Below, one piece after another: positions 1 through 31,144 of a DNA stretch of 64,000 bases. This DNA comes from Chrysomallon squamiferum (Eukaryota; Animalia; Mollusca), in assembly GCA_012295275.1 (NCBI GenBank), contig CM022665.1, positions 15,934,001-15,998,000 of the forward strand, read 5' to 3'. The position numbers were made by a program, and so were the translations under genes. The notes under the pieces are model-generated. The model was not told the origin of the DNA. It searched no databases and was given only the letters and a program-made list of their open reading frames with translations. Position 1 is the stretch's first letter; every line of letters begins with the position of its first letter.

Positions 1-419
1 TTATATATAGAGAAATTAAATTAAAAATTAAACAAAACCAAAAAAAAAAAAAAAAAAAAAAAAACTGACATTTATTTGTAATAATAAATAACAGAGATTA
101 TGCATACTCAAGATATTTAAGCGAAATGTGAAAGATTATAAGTATATATGAAAATGAACAGCGTGATTTTGATCAACTGTGAGTTTGTTTATTTTTGAGT
201 CTGTTTGTCGCGTTTGTCAATACTTACCGATAATGCAAGGGATACACTTTAAATAATATATAGTAAAGATAATTAAAGTACTTTCATTTCCGAAAGAAAC
301 AGATCGGTAATTTCCGTAGCAGTGCTGACTTCGTTTGACTTGTGTAAAATACTTGTGTGCAAATATCTTTATGTCTGTCTCTGTCTGTCTGTCTATCTAT
401 CTGTCTGTATTTCTGTCTG

Positions 420-480
<61 letters not shown>

Positions 481-2138
481 TTTTTATTTTTTATTCGTAT
501 TAGTGTATGTAAGAGCCAAAGAGATCGAGTAAAATTAATTTTGTTTCTATTCTGAATAAGTTTATATGATACACTGGAGTATTAATGTGTATGCAGGTAT
601 GCGTGTGTTTTTGTATGTGTACGATTTTCATGTGATGTGTGCGCGCGTGTTCGTGTATATATAAATATGTACTCTCAGCATGTTCATCTATTTCTATATA
701 TGTATAAGTATATATATATATATGTCGTATTTATTTGTTGTGTGTCTGATTTCAAATAAAGGTAGCAGGCTGAGAGACAGGAGATCCTCTTAAATTATAT
801 TTATTTAAACTGTATAGAGTTTCTTTTGAGCTTTCACTTTTTTAAATTTTCATATAAATATTTAAATCAGTTTATATATAGAACGCTTAACGTCGTAAGG
901 CAATCAAGTTGAATAATTCTCTTTGAATTTAACAACAACCACAACAAAAGCAACAACAATAGTAGCAGTAATAATACTAATACTAATACTGCTACTACTA
1001 ATAATAAAAGTATTAGTAATAATAATACACGTATTAATAATGACTATAATAATAATAATTTGGTTTGAAATTTCATACAGTACCTAATAAATAAATTCAG
1101 AAGTAAAACAGACAAATCTTTTTAATAAGTTAACAGATAAAATAAATAAATAAATAAAAAATAACAACAATAAATACATAAATTCATAAAAAAGAAAGTA
1201 AGTAAATAAGTAAGTAAATAAGTCAATAAATAAATAGAAACGCAATCATTAATAAATAAAAAAAAAAAAAAAAAAAAAAATTATATATATATATATATAT
1301 ACATTAATAAATAATTGAAGTTAAAAATAGAAACCTATTAGAACAAAAGGTATGGATTAATAAAGATCGTGCTATTTCGCCGCTGTTTTTTGATTCTTTG
1401 CGCAACTTTTAGCTTGTGTAAATAAATAAAAAAAAAATAAACAGAAATATATACATATATATATATATATAATTTTTGTTTAAAAAATAAAAAAGGAATG
1501 AGAAAAAATACCTGCTACAATGCTAGTTTTAAATTAATTCGATAACATTAATATTTCTGTAAAGTTATAATGTCAAAGTATATATCTTTTTTTTTTTTTT
1601 AATCACTGAACTGTAATTGCTTTCTATTTTTAATTTTTTTCTGTTTGTTTGTATTTATCTGTTTTTTTTCTAAGTACATTAAATAAAATGCAAATATCCT
1701 AATTATAGAAAGCACATTAATTTCATGACGAGAGTGATTTTAGTTAGATATCAGATGATAGATAAATGTTTTGTGTTACTATTACTATCCATTATGCATA
1801 AAATACGCATTTAGTAATTTTCCATTTCACATCGGCATATTTTAATCTTTGTACTAATTGAAAACAATGTCATCCAAGCACTTCTGCAAATAATAAATGA
1901 AGTAAAAAAAAAAAAAAAAAAAAAAAGAGACAGAGTGAGAAAGATAAAGACTGAGAAACTGAGAAAGACACAGAACTGATATACAGCTGGATATATAGAT
2001 TAGTTAAGCTTGTTTATATAATGTACATATGTTTCTTAATTAACGGCAATTAATTTCTTCTTTTCTTAATATTTTTTTTTCTGAAATATTAATTAATATC
2101 CTTTTGTCTTTTTATTTTTAAATAAATAAATGTATAAG

Positions 2139-2175
<37 letters not shown>

Positions 2176-4060
2176 GCGACAATAGCAACTACTGCTACTA
2201 CCGCAACTACAAGCACAACTAATAAATATAATATAGACAGGAAAAAATATCGTCTGGCTATGGTGACGAACAAAAAAGACATCCATGGTGACGACAATGA
2301 TTATATTCATTTGCTGACAATAATAAAAATAACAGTTCGTTTTATTACGAAAACGCTTCCACCGTCTTGACGTTTGTTTTGTGATAAACTCATTATCTGA
2401 CGGTTTTCGGCTTCAACGTAAGCAGCACTAGCTGTACATGTCATTCAGTATATAAAAAATACACACACATATATTTTACATACTTCTCGATGTTATCTGT
2501 TTCAGCTGACAAGAACACTATCAAGGCACAGGTGATAGTGTATAAAACAGCTTCATAGCCCGAACGAAATATCGTGACACTTCGTTTTAATGTCACTTTT
2601 ATTCATTGGATTATTATTAATTTAAAACGCTTTTGTTTTCGCGTTAGACGCGCACGCGCGTATGTGTGTGTTTTTGTGTGTTTATGTGTTATGTGTGTAA
2701 TAAATGTGTGTGTGTGTGTGTATGTATTTACATAAGTATATATGTATGTATGTATGTTTGTATGTGTGTGTGTATTTATATATATATATATATATACAAA
2801 TGTATACATGAATGTATATATGTATATATAATATATATTTTGTATGTTTGTGTGTATGTATGTAGGTTTGCATGTTTGTGTGAGCATGCGTAAATGTGTG
2901 TGAACGAATGTATGTACGTATGTACGTATATGTTGATATGCTGATACGTATGTACGTATATGTAGATATGTAGAAATGTACGTAGTTATTAATGTGTACA
3001 TGTATGAAGAAATCCAGAGAAAGGTTAAAACAGCGAGAGAAAGGAAAAGAGCGAGCAAAAAAAAAAAAAAAAACATGAATGTTGAAGTTAGCGATTCCCT
3101 TCCATTTCTTTACACACTAAACCCATAAAGAGCTAAATCCGCACGTAATCGGTTCGCATAGCATACTTAACAGTCACATGTCTACATACACAACTAAACT
3201 GTATGTAAAACTTAAGAGATTTGCTCTCTCTAAGTATTTAACCGTAACTGCCCAGCGCCTTTTGAAACAAGTGCCAAAAGTTGGTAGCGATTTTAACGAT
3301 ACATTGGTCAGGTAGTTGACAGGACAAGTTTTTCGTAATCCCAACGTCAAACAAGCTCTAACTTTTCCCCGAACCAAAGCCAGCTTCGCTATCTCGATGG
3401 TATTTGCGCGTTCTTTTCTACGAAAAACAAAGATCAAGACGGTATGAGAGAACCTGTGCCAGAAGTGGGTCTTGCTAGACCTGAATCGTCGAACATGTTA
3501 CGCCGTTCCTGGAAACTGGATTGCTGTATGGCGAAAATAAACACATTCGTAGGCGACCAGTAAACCGCCTGATACCAGTGTACATAGAATAAAGCGAGTC
3601 AGGTTAGGCGGATTATGAACATAAAGATTAGTGTAACGTCACTGTAGCTTTTACCTCCACAGACATGAGAAAAAAAACAGAGTGTTAAGGATAGACAAAG
3701 GTTATCCGAGACAGTCAGTGAAAGCGAGAAAAAGAGAGACAGAGAGAGGGAGACAGAGAGTGTATAAAGATGAATAATAATAAAATATACGCATATATAC
3801 ACACATACATTTATGCATAAATAAATAGATAAAAATATTTTTCAATGGGAATTCATATTCGATATTGTTTACTGAATAAAATAAGCCACATATTAATGCT
3901 GGACTTTTCCCCCTCACAGTTTCTTTAAAGATCGGACATAATTTTATTTCATTTATCTGTTTTATTTATAAATGATCTGCAATTTTATTAAAATATTAAT
4001 TACTTACTATGAAATCTGAATAATAATAATATGATTATTATTGTCATTATTATTATCGTT

Positions 4061-4098
<38 letters not shown>

Positions 4099-4783
4099 TA
4101 TTATTATTATTATTATTATTATTGTTGTTGTTTTTAATTTTTAATTTATTTATTATTATTTTTTGTAGCCTAGATTTAATATTATGTTTTTACTGCACAG
4201 CTAACAAGAAGCTATTATTACAGTTGTTAAAAAAAAGCTCGATTTTTCATATAAGATAAATATGGGCGCTTTTTTAAATTAAAAGTTTATTTAATAGATT
4301 TATGCCGTTTGCTAAAGAGGAAAAAAAATTACATTGCAAGGAAAATTTATAGCATTAATTTTTTTTTTCTTTAGTTTGAATTCAGAAATTCATAAAATAC
4401 ATATTTATATTTGAAATAAAAATAATAAATAAATTTAAAATTAAATAATAAATATATTTGTATTTAAAGTAAAAATTATAAATATTATAATAAATGTATT
4501 ATTTTTAAATTCAGGGTAAGATCATATTTGTTCTGTATTTAGAGTGAAAATTATAATTGTATTGCTCGTTTGAAGTTACCATTCATTATACAGATTTATT
4601 TTTGTGTTTAATTATATGTATAGTTAATACAATTGTTATATATCGATATTATAGTATCACGCATTTAACTGTATTTGGAAATATAATTAAATGTGTATTC
4701 ATTTGTATTACCTCTGAAGAACTGAATATAGAGATATATTATAAACATCATGCATTAAATTGTATTTAAAATCATTAAATCAT

Positions 4784-4923
4784 TAAATTTATTTTTATCA
4801 TTTTATCGAAAAATACTAATACTGATAATTAAAATGATAAGAAAAATAAAAAGTAGCAGCAACAACAATGACAACATCAGCTAGTACAGCTGCAAACAAA
4901 TAATAAAATAATAATAGCATTAA
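4784..4923. repeat. Left arm of a ~140-bp inverted repeat
   Basis: Its reverse complement matches 6722-6858 with one substitution and one 3-nt indel (aligned by eye). Confidence 0.95.
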
Positions 4924-5420
4924 TTACAAAATATTTAACAATATTTAGAAACGTTATTATATATTATTATATTATAATACATTATATTTCATTACATTGC
5001 ATTGCACTGTATTACATTATATTATATTATACTGTTAATGTGTATTATGTAAAATTATATTATTATGTTATATTATGTTATGTTATGTTGTGTTATTACA
5101 CTGGATTAGATTCGATTACATTATATTATATATTACGTTATTATTTCCGGGAAGAGATGGCCTAGATATTTTAATGAAATATGTCACTGTTTAATTATTA
5201 TTTTTGTAAATAATATCTGTAACAGTTACTCAAACTGAAGTCAGGGAAATTAATTATGATAGTTTTGAATCGATAGAAATCATTATTTTGTAATAATTTT
5301 AAATTTAAGTTATAATATATATATATATATATTGATAGATAGATAAATACAAATAAAAATAACAAAATAAATTAAAAACGCAACAAAATTAAATAAATAA
5401 ACGAAAAAGTATATAAATTT

Positions 5421-5468
<48 letters not shown>

Positions 5469-5708
5469 GATAAATAAATAAATTTATAATAGCTCTGTTC
5501 ATGTTTCTTGTTCATATATTTTCACTTTACGTAAAAGTTCATTAACTGAAAATGGAAATTAAATAGATTTATATTTATTCCATTAGAAATGAAACTGAAA
5601 TAAAACGTATTTAGATATCTACGATTATTTCTGTATTTCCGCAAGTTGCTGGAAAGATGCATGCACATCGTATAACTTATTAAAAAAAAATGGAGAGGAG
5701 ATGACAGG

Positions 5709-5770
<62 letters not shown>

Positions 5771-5773
<3 letters not shown>

Positions 5774-5846
5774 CTTTTATCGCTCTCTCAGTCAAGCCAA
5801 ATATTTATATATATTTAATTTGACCGAGAGAGCGATAGGAAAGAAA
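5771..5846. other. Imperfect ~76-nt hairpin
   Basis: tatcgctctctcagtcaa (5778-5795) pairs with ttgaccgagagagcgata (5820-5837) at 17/18 positions; extended by tttcttt/aaagaaa and aaatat/atattt. Confidence 0.8.
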
Positions 5847-6474
5847 GAAAAAAAAATACGCTGAAAGAAACAAAGTATTTATAAGGAGAGATAGTTAGAG
5901 CCTTGATATATGATTATTTCCACCCAGTTGCCTTCAGTGAAAGCAAATTGAAGACATGTAATTTGTTGTCATCGTGTTTGAACGGTCCGCCAGGGCGTAT
6001 TTGATCATTGATTTTTAATTGGACAGTTGTTGACTTTGATGGGAACAAGTTAACAGTAGAATGTGTCGTCTAGTTTTCACAGAACGGTTTGTGTTTGATT
6101 TTTCTTTATTGTATCTGTCTCCCTGTTTGTACATTAGCGTACCTTGATTTCGAAATACAATACTTCTTTTATCGAATACGCGATGAGTCTCTTTGTTTTC
6201 GACGGAGATTACTTTTGATGGTCAATAACGAATCGCATTTGTACAAATCAGATTTGTAGGATATCTTGCCTATCGACCAACAGAACTTGTTTGGTTGGAA
6301 ACTCCTGTCGGGTCACACGAGGCATTCGGCATTTTGATCTTGGTCATATGCTAGATGGACATCGAGAAAAATATTTCAGCCATTGATATATGGTTATCGT
6401 TAAGCTATTGTCCTTTTTGTTTTGTTATTAATTTATTTCATTAGCTTGGAAGCATAGTTAGAACAGATCATAAA

Positions 6475-23907
<17,433 letters not shown>

Positions 23908-24042
23908 AAGGACTGTCCAATGGCTCACGCCGTTGCATGTGTAGTGCTGAAGATATTTGTGAAAGTGACCAATGGTGTGCCTTGTTGCAAATGTTACTGA
24001 ATGTATCAGACAGATCCGATGTCATTCGCTGTTGAAAATTAC

Positions 24043-24225
24043 ACAAACTTATGACGTCAGATTGATCAAATGTTCATGCCATTGGTCGATGTGCTAAATA
24101 AACTTATGACGTCTGACTGATAAAATGGGCATGCCAGTGGACGATGTACTAAACAAACTAATGATGTTAGACTGATTAATTACGTATGCTTTGGCAAATT
24201 GTGCAAAACATACGTACGACGTCAT
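24043..24225. repeat. Degenerate 55-bp tandem repeat (~3.3 units) downstream of the NR2E1 stop
   Basis: Units start at 24043, 24098, 24153 and 24208: a(c/t)aaact(t/a)atga(c/t)gt... Confidence 0.85.
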
Positions 24226-24450
24226 TTAACCTTAATTTCATAATAAGAAGACCCTGTATGTGCACATGCATGAATATGAAGAAATATAGGGTGAAAAAAC
24301 AGACTACGATCTACCTCAGAATATTTGTTTTATGACGGTATGTAGCTTGTATGTAATATAGCTATGCTTACACACAGTGGCGGCTAATTGTGGTGCAAAT
24401 ATAAGTCGCAGTGATAGGTACATTTATGTAAAAATATTAACGTCTTGTAG

Positions 24451-24690
24451 CCGAATTTGTCAATATAGGAACACTGGACTGGTAATAAAGCTGAATTTGT
24501 CAGTTGAGAAATACTGGTCTGGCATGAGAACTGAAATTGTCATTATATCAATGGTAAACTCTCAAGATTACTGAATTTGTCAATATAAGAATAATAAGCT
24601 GTCAAATTTAACTGAATATGTCAATACAGAAACGATTAGCTATCAAATTTAGCTGAATATGTCAATATATAAATGATAAAATGGCAATAC
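24451..24690. repeat. Degenerate 40-41-bp minisatellite, 6 units, core CTGAATWTGTCA
   Basis: Cores at 24451, 24491, 24531, 24571, 24612 and 24653. Confidence 0.85.
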
Positions 24691-25780
24691 TGACGATGTT
24701 TTTAGTACACAAATGCTCCACTGTCAAGCTTTAAACATATGATTCAACTAATGCATCTTATTCAGAATGTCTAAATATTTCAACAGTGTTGTGAAAATCA
24801 AACTCGTGAATATAAATTCTAGTACCGTGTTCTGAATAGCTTTAACAAAGTATTGAATGAAAACCAGCTGAAAGCTTACCACGATGTTTTATTATTATTG
24901 ACAGCGGGTAAATTATAATCAAAATGAGTAATACTGATAATACATACTGAATGTATACACTGTAATATAATTAGCTTTAGAGGGCTTAAATCAAACTAGA
25001 CAACATTGTTAAATATATATACACCAAATGATTATGTTATGGCAGATCAGGGATGATTATAATGATGATGATGATGTTGATTATTATTATTACTACTACA
25101 ACTATTATTATTATTATTATTACATCTAATATTATTATTATTACTATTTTACTACTTTCTTACGTCAATGAATTATGATCTTTCAAACTTTATTATAACT
25201 TCAGTCTCTGATTTATTTATAAAGTTATTACAAAAAGAAACCTATAATAATTTATTTGATTTAGGATAAAATGTTCAGTAGTACATTAAATATTTGTATT
25301 TATATTTAAAAAGATTACACTCACTGGTATATTTTATTTTGTTCTTGTATGTTGGACGTTAATCAAAATGAACTGGATATACTTCATATGTCATACACAT
25401 AACTTACGATGAAAAGTAAATGTATATACTGAATTTACGAAGCCTGTTTTTCTTACATGCAAATGTACATTATAAAATATATGTAGATACACGTTTGTTA
25501 GATTGAAATAGGTTTTGTAAATTCTCCACGTAATATTTTACATTTTTAACTAAAATATCTGAATTTCGTTCTATAATATGTAATTATTATACTGACATTA
25601 ATATTTTGTTTTTACGTCGAAAACTCGTTTGCTTTAGCTGGAAATAATTATCTATTTGGATTTATTTTGCTATATTGTTGACGTACTAAAATAAAGCTTA
25701 GCGGCTGTCGGCTTTGAATGGAAATATTTGAAAATGTAATTCATTTTCTGGGTTGGTATCTTTGTCAAGTGCTACAAAAT

Positions 25781-25830
<50 letters not shown>

Positions 25831-27853
25831 AAGCCCGTTGGGCTCTAAACGTTGTTTTATTTTTTTTTTATATATTTCATGGCTTCATTTTTATTAAATT
25901 TGATTATAATATTTTTCTAAAATTATTTATCTTGTTAAAGGTGGTGGGTTTGTGTACACCCCAATCCAATTACATTGATATTGTCATTCTTTTTCGGCAA
26001 AACGTAAACAGTTAATCATCATTTTGTTGTGTCAAAAATTATTATTATTATATTATTATTATTTTACTTTTTTATGTTGTTCTTGTTATGTTTTATGTGA
26101 GCTGTTCGATTTTATAATTACACATGGAAAATTCATTGTTGATGTCAGTTTTGTGAATTTGAAGAAGTCTTTTTTCCCCAAAATACTGTTAGCTTATATT
26201 ATTACTACTGTTATAGTTATTATTTTAAACTGCCGTTATCTTTCTCAATACGTTGTGCTCTTGCTCTGTAAATTTTCAAGTTTTGAAGACTGTTTTTCAC
26301 CACTATTTCTTTTTCTTTTTTTTAAATTAGCATATGTAATGGTCTTCCCTTTATATCTTTTTTTTTTTACAATAAAACGAAAGTCTTTTAAACGAAAATG
26401 ATTGAAAACTTGTCACGACAAATACTTTGAAATATTTTGATAACCTCACCATTGAAAACTGTATATAACACGCATATTAGTTTTCATTTAGTCGCCAATA
26501 CATAAAGCGAAAACTTAACATCTCCGTTTATCGTGAACGCATCTGATGTTATGTTCTTAACACAGATTTCTTTTAAAAAGGATTGAATATCTCTCCAACA
26601 CAGAGGGTAGCTGTCTCACGTATCACACTTGTAAGGGGTGAAAATAACCTTTCTTGCACTTCAGTATGCATGCTCATATCATCACCACCATCTTGAATTG
26701 CACACCCACATGCTGTTCTGAATAGACTGGTCCCACGCCGTGCTATATGAGCCCCCTTTGGCGTGATTCTATAACGGCGTAGCAGTCTGCTGGGTGTTGG
26801 TAAAGAGTAACCGGATATTTATCCGGTAATTCAAATCCTGCGTGACCATGACAAAAAGTCAACTTTTCCCTTTGATTGTTGTTCGCGGATAGCGGGTACG
26901 TTCACGTGGAATGTTAATTCTAAGCTTTGACTTCTGTGTAATGTTACCTAAAGTGTCTTATCTATACTCGACAAATAGTAAATGGATATATCTCACTTCA
27001 TCAAACTGTTTGCACTGATCTATGATTCACCACTTGGCTAAAGTCGAAAAGCAAATATCTACAACCTGATTGAGTAGGGATTGGATTTCGTGCACCCATT
27101 TTTCTTATATGTTTAAAGATTTAATTCGTTAAATGTGAAAATAAAAAAGTGAAAAAGATTATGACAGAAACTAGGGTTGAGATGAATAATGATAAAAAAA
27201 AAAATCCCGTTGGGATCAGTGTTAACATAAAAACAGGGTTGATATATACAAATACTTATTATTACTATTACATAAATTTTGATCATTTAATTTTGAGCAT
27301 TTTTGAAAAATAATAATAGAATTTGGATGGAATAAGTTGAAGCCTTTTTATCACTATGACTATTCAAAATATATTAAATTCATTTAAAAAAATCCTTATT
27401 ATTACAGTACAATAATTTTATGGTTAAGAATTTAGAGGCCAAAAATAGGAAGAATTAGTACAAAAATAAGAAATAAATTTGTGTCATTTTAAATTATTAT
27501 TATTATTATTATTATTATTGTTATTGTTATTATATTTAAAATATTGTGCTATCTCATTTATAAGAATCCAAAAATATGAAGACAAAAGTTGGTATAGGAA
27601 ATATCTTTTTCTCTCTTTTTTTCTTTTTACGAAGAAGAAATTAAAGTTGTAATGTAATTGATATTTATCATTATCGTTTATGAAAATTGTGTACGCTTCG
27701 GCTTCAAGCAACAATATTAAGCATACTTTATTTTTACTGTTTATGAAGTATTGTATGCCTGTTATTATTCCAGTGAAATCTACTATAATTTTATATCTGA
27801 AAATTAATATTTTTGTGAAACTTTTATTTGACTGTAATAATTAAAATAATACA

Positions 27854-27892
<39 letters not shown>

Positions 27893-28469
27893 CATTTTAC
27901 AAAGAAACTAGACAGTGTTGATCAAAAGAAGTCAGAAATTTATTTTTTATTTCATTATCTGTGCCATTCCATCACCTCAGAAGTCAAAACTTGAAGCATT
28001 TTATCTTCCAGCCAGTCTAAGCTTATTTTATATTTAAGAATATAAAATTTTGTAATTGTTTTCTTTTTTTTCTCAGCTTTATTTAATAAATGATAATACA
28101 TTTATTTTTGACGGCAGGTGACTGAATTAATAATAATTTATTCACGTTCTGGCATTTTTGGGGCGTGTTTGTTTTCAATGTCATTGACAGCATCTGTCGT
28201 TTTGACGGTTGTGGTAAAAATCATTAAAAAATACACACCTTTATTCGTATTAATTATGTATATGTATATTTGTTTCTGGATTTTTTTTTTTGTGAAATTT
28301 TTCTGTTTCATTTTGTAATTGTTTCTTCTTGTTGTTTACGTTGTGTTTTTTTATATATATATATTTAGTTGTTACTGTTTTGCTAGTACAGTTTTATCGA
28401 TTACAATATTCTTTAGAAAATGTATATTTTATTTTAACTTTTTCCTTTCTTTTTGTTTCTTCTCTTTCT

Positions 28470-28504
<35 letters not shown>

Positions 28505-29034
28505 GTTCTATTTTCTGTTTATATCTGTACATTATAATGATTTTATATTAATTCCTTATTCACTGGATGTATATAGAATTATTTTTTAAAACATTAAAAA
28601 TTCAGCCAGTGAAAATTACATTCCAAATTATATTTCAATATTGTAATGTCATACGTAACATTTCACGCTTCCCAAAGTCTGTAGCCAAAGATATTTTATA
28701 ATTGTTTTCATAACGTAGAACTGTTATGCATTACGAAATCCAGACACTTCTTTTTTACTGACGTTTTATCAAAGTTCTGTAGAAAAAGATATATGTACAT
28801 AAATATCAGTTCTACAATGTATTACAACTCCGTAGGATATTAGCAAAATAATATTTCTTCTATAACTATTTTTATCGAAGTTCTGTAACTAATAACATAT
28901 TTTGTTTAAGTATTTCATCACAGTTCTGTAACTTTTCTCTCTCCGTGCTATGGATACATCAACTTAGTATATATCTATAACTTGTGTAGATTATGATAAT
29001 TAATTTCAGAATATTTAATTAATTAATTTATTTA

Positions 29035-29103
<69 letters not shown>

Positions 29104-29158
29104 TTATTATTATTATTATTATTATTTTATTTATTTATTTGTTTATTTATCTATCTAT

Positions 29159-29246
<88 letters not shown>

Positions 29247-29289
29247 AAAAAAATTGGGTGAATAGTGCTAAAGACATTTTTTTTTTTTT

Positions 29290-30296
29290 TGGAATAACTT
29301 GGCCATTTAATTATTACATCTAGAAACTATTAAAAATAAGTGTACACGCGATCCTAATATGACTTAACCAGTGTTAGTTTTTTCTTTTATTTTGGTTGAT
29401 TTGGCCAAAATTATAATTTCAACATCTAGATGTTATACTAGATATTTCTGTAATACATGTTGTTATTTAGTAAGTGCTATAGTCAATTATACTTTTTATA
29501 TATGCCATTGATATTATTTTTCTTCTACTTCTTCTTTTTTCTTTTTTTTTTTTTTTTTTTTTTTTGTTGTTTTTTCTTATATTTTGGGGAATATGACATA
29601 CTATAAAAAATTAATGTTTTACTGTTTTTTAAGTGCTACAGCCAGTGAGATGTTCATTTATGCTGATATCTTTTTTATTTATTTATTTTTTTTGTGTGTG
29701 TGTGTGTTTAACTTAGACAACAAATTGTAATATCTAGATACTGTAAAAAAACATTGCTATGTTTTTTCTAAAGTTCTATAGCCTATAGGACTTATATTTA
29801 TGTCCATGATATTCTTTCTTTATCTTTTGTATAACTTTAACAACAAATTATAATATCTAGATACTGTAATAAACAACTACTCTGTTGTTCTACTGTACTA
29901 TAGCCAATAGTAAGTTTATTAATGTTCACGATTTTGTTTTTATCATTATTTTTGGCATATCTTGGGCTATTATTTATGAAATCTAGATGCTGTTGGAAAT
30001 AGCTGAAGATTTTTTTTTTTTTTTTTTTTTTTTTCTGCAGTACCATAGCCAGTTAGACGTTTATTTATGTATATTTCTTTATATTCTGTAATTTAGGTTA
30101 CGGATTATAGTATCTAAATACTAAAACCCAAAATAATGACTACTGTGTAGTTTCTAAAGTACTATAACCAGTAAGACGTTTGTTAACGTCCATCATGTTT
30201 TTTTTTCTTTACTTTTTGTGTAACTTAGGCTACGAATCGTAACATCTAGATACACTGATTGTATTGCTGTTTTGTTAAAGTGCTATGGTCAGTGAT
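29290..30296. repeat. Highly degenerate ~125-bp tandem array (~8 units)
   Basis: Recurring AACTT(A/G)G...ATCTAGATAC...AAGT(G/T/A)CTATAGCCAGT; ATCTAGA-like cores at 29318, 29424, 29732, 29855, 29981, 30112 and 30244. Confidence 0.75.
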
Positions 30297-30873
30297 ACCC
30301 CCTCCCCCGTTCAGGCAGTGGCTATGCACCTATTTGTAGCTGCGCTATAGATGTGCTATATATATATTTGTTATGTAATATACAATAGTAGATTAATATG
30401 TATGACACATGCCGTTTCAGTTAACAGACAAGCAAATGCAGATCACGTTTTGTAACAATATTTTTCTCTTTTTTTTTTAATTCCGTAAATCCCAAAGTTT
30501 GAACGTACAAGCGTGTAGCTAGATACGATACATTTTATTAAAATTTTCTCTCTTGTTTTTATCATTTTACTCAGTTTGAATACATTTAGATTTGTTATTA
30601 TTATCACTGTTATTTTATATTAATTTATTTTTATTTATTTTTATTTATTTTAACTCATTTAAACTTATATAAACCCTATTTGACTATAAATAGTCTGACA
30701 TCAAAACTAGATTTTTCCTCTAGTTTTACACGAAGGACTTGCCACTTGTCTGTTACGGAAATGACGTTGAAATGCATCAGTCTGCACGTGCAATACTATT
30801 TGTTTTGTTTCAGTTACTCATGTACAGAAATACTGTTGCTCAAAGCACTATGTACAAGATTATTGTAAGTAAC

Positions 30874-30920
30874 AATAAATAAGTCTATCTATTTGTATTG
30901 CGTTATGTTGTTGTTTTCTG
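30874..30920 (+). terminator. Candidate distal polyadenylation site (AATAAA plus GU-rich downstream element)
   Basis: AATAAA at 30874-30879, upstream TGTA motifs, and gcgttatgttgttgttttctg about 20 nt downstream; assignment to NR2E1 is inference. Confidence 0.35.
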
Positions 30921-31102
30921 AATGTAAATTTCAGTTATATATATATTATGTGTCTGCGTGTATGTTTGTGTGTAATAATAATATGCATGTTGGAAAAAGA
31001 AGAAAAACATTATTTATTCTTCTCTCTTTTAATTAATGAGAGGTTTTTCCTTCGTTCTATAAATCTATTATACATACAAATATACATACGTACACACACA
31101 CA

Positions 31103-31144
<42 letters not shown>

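Noticed and set aside
24451-24690. CRISPR array interpretation of the 40-bp periodic repeat
   Set aside because: Eukaryotic context, only a 12-nt imperfect core, spacers related to each other, and no cas genes; it is a degenerate minisatellite.
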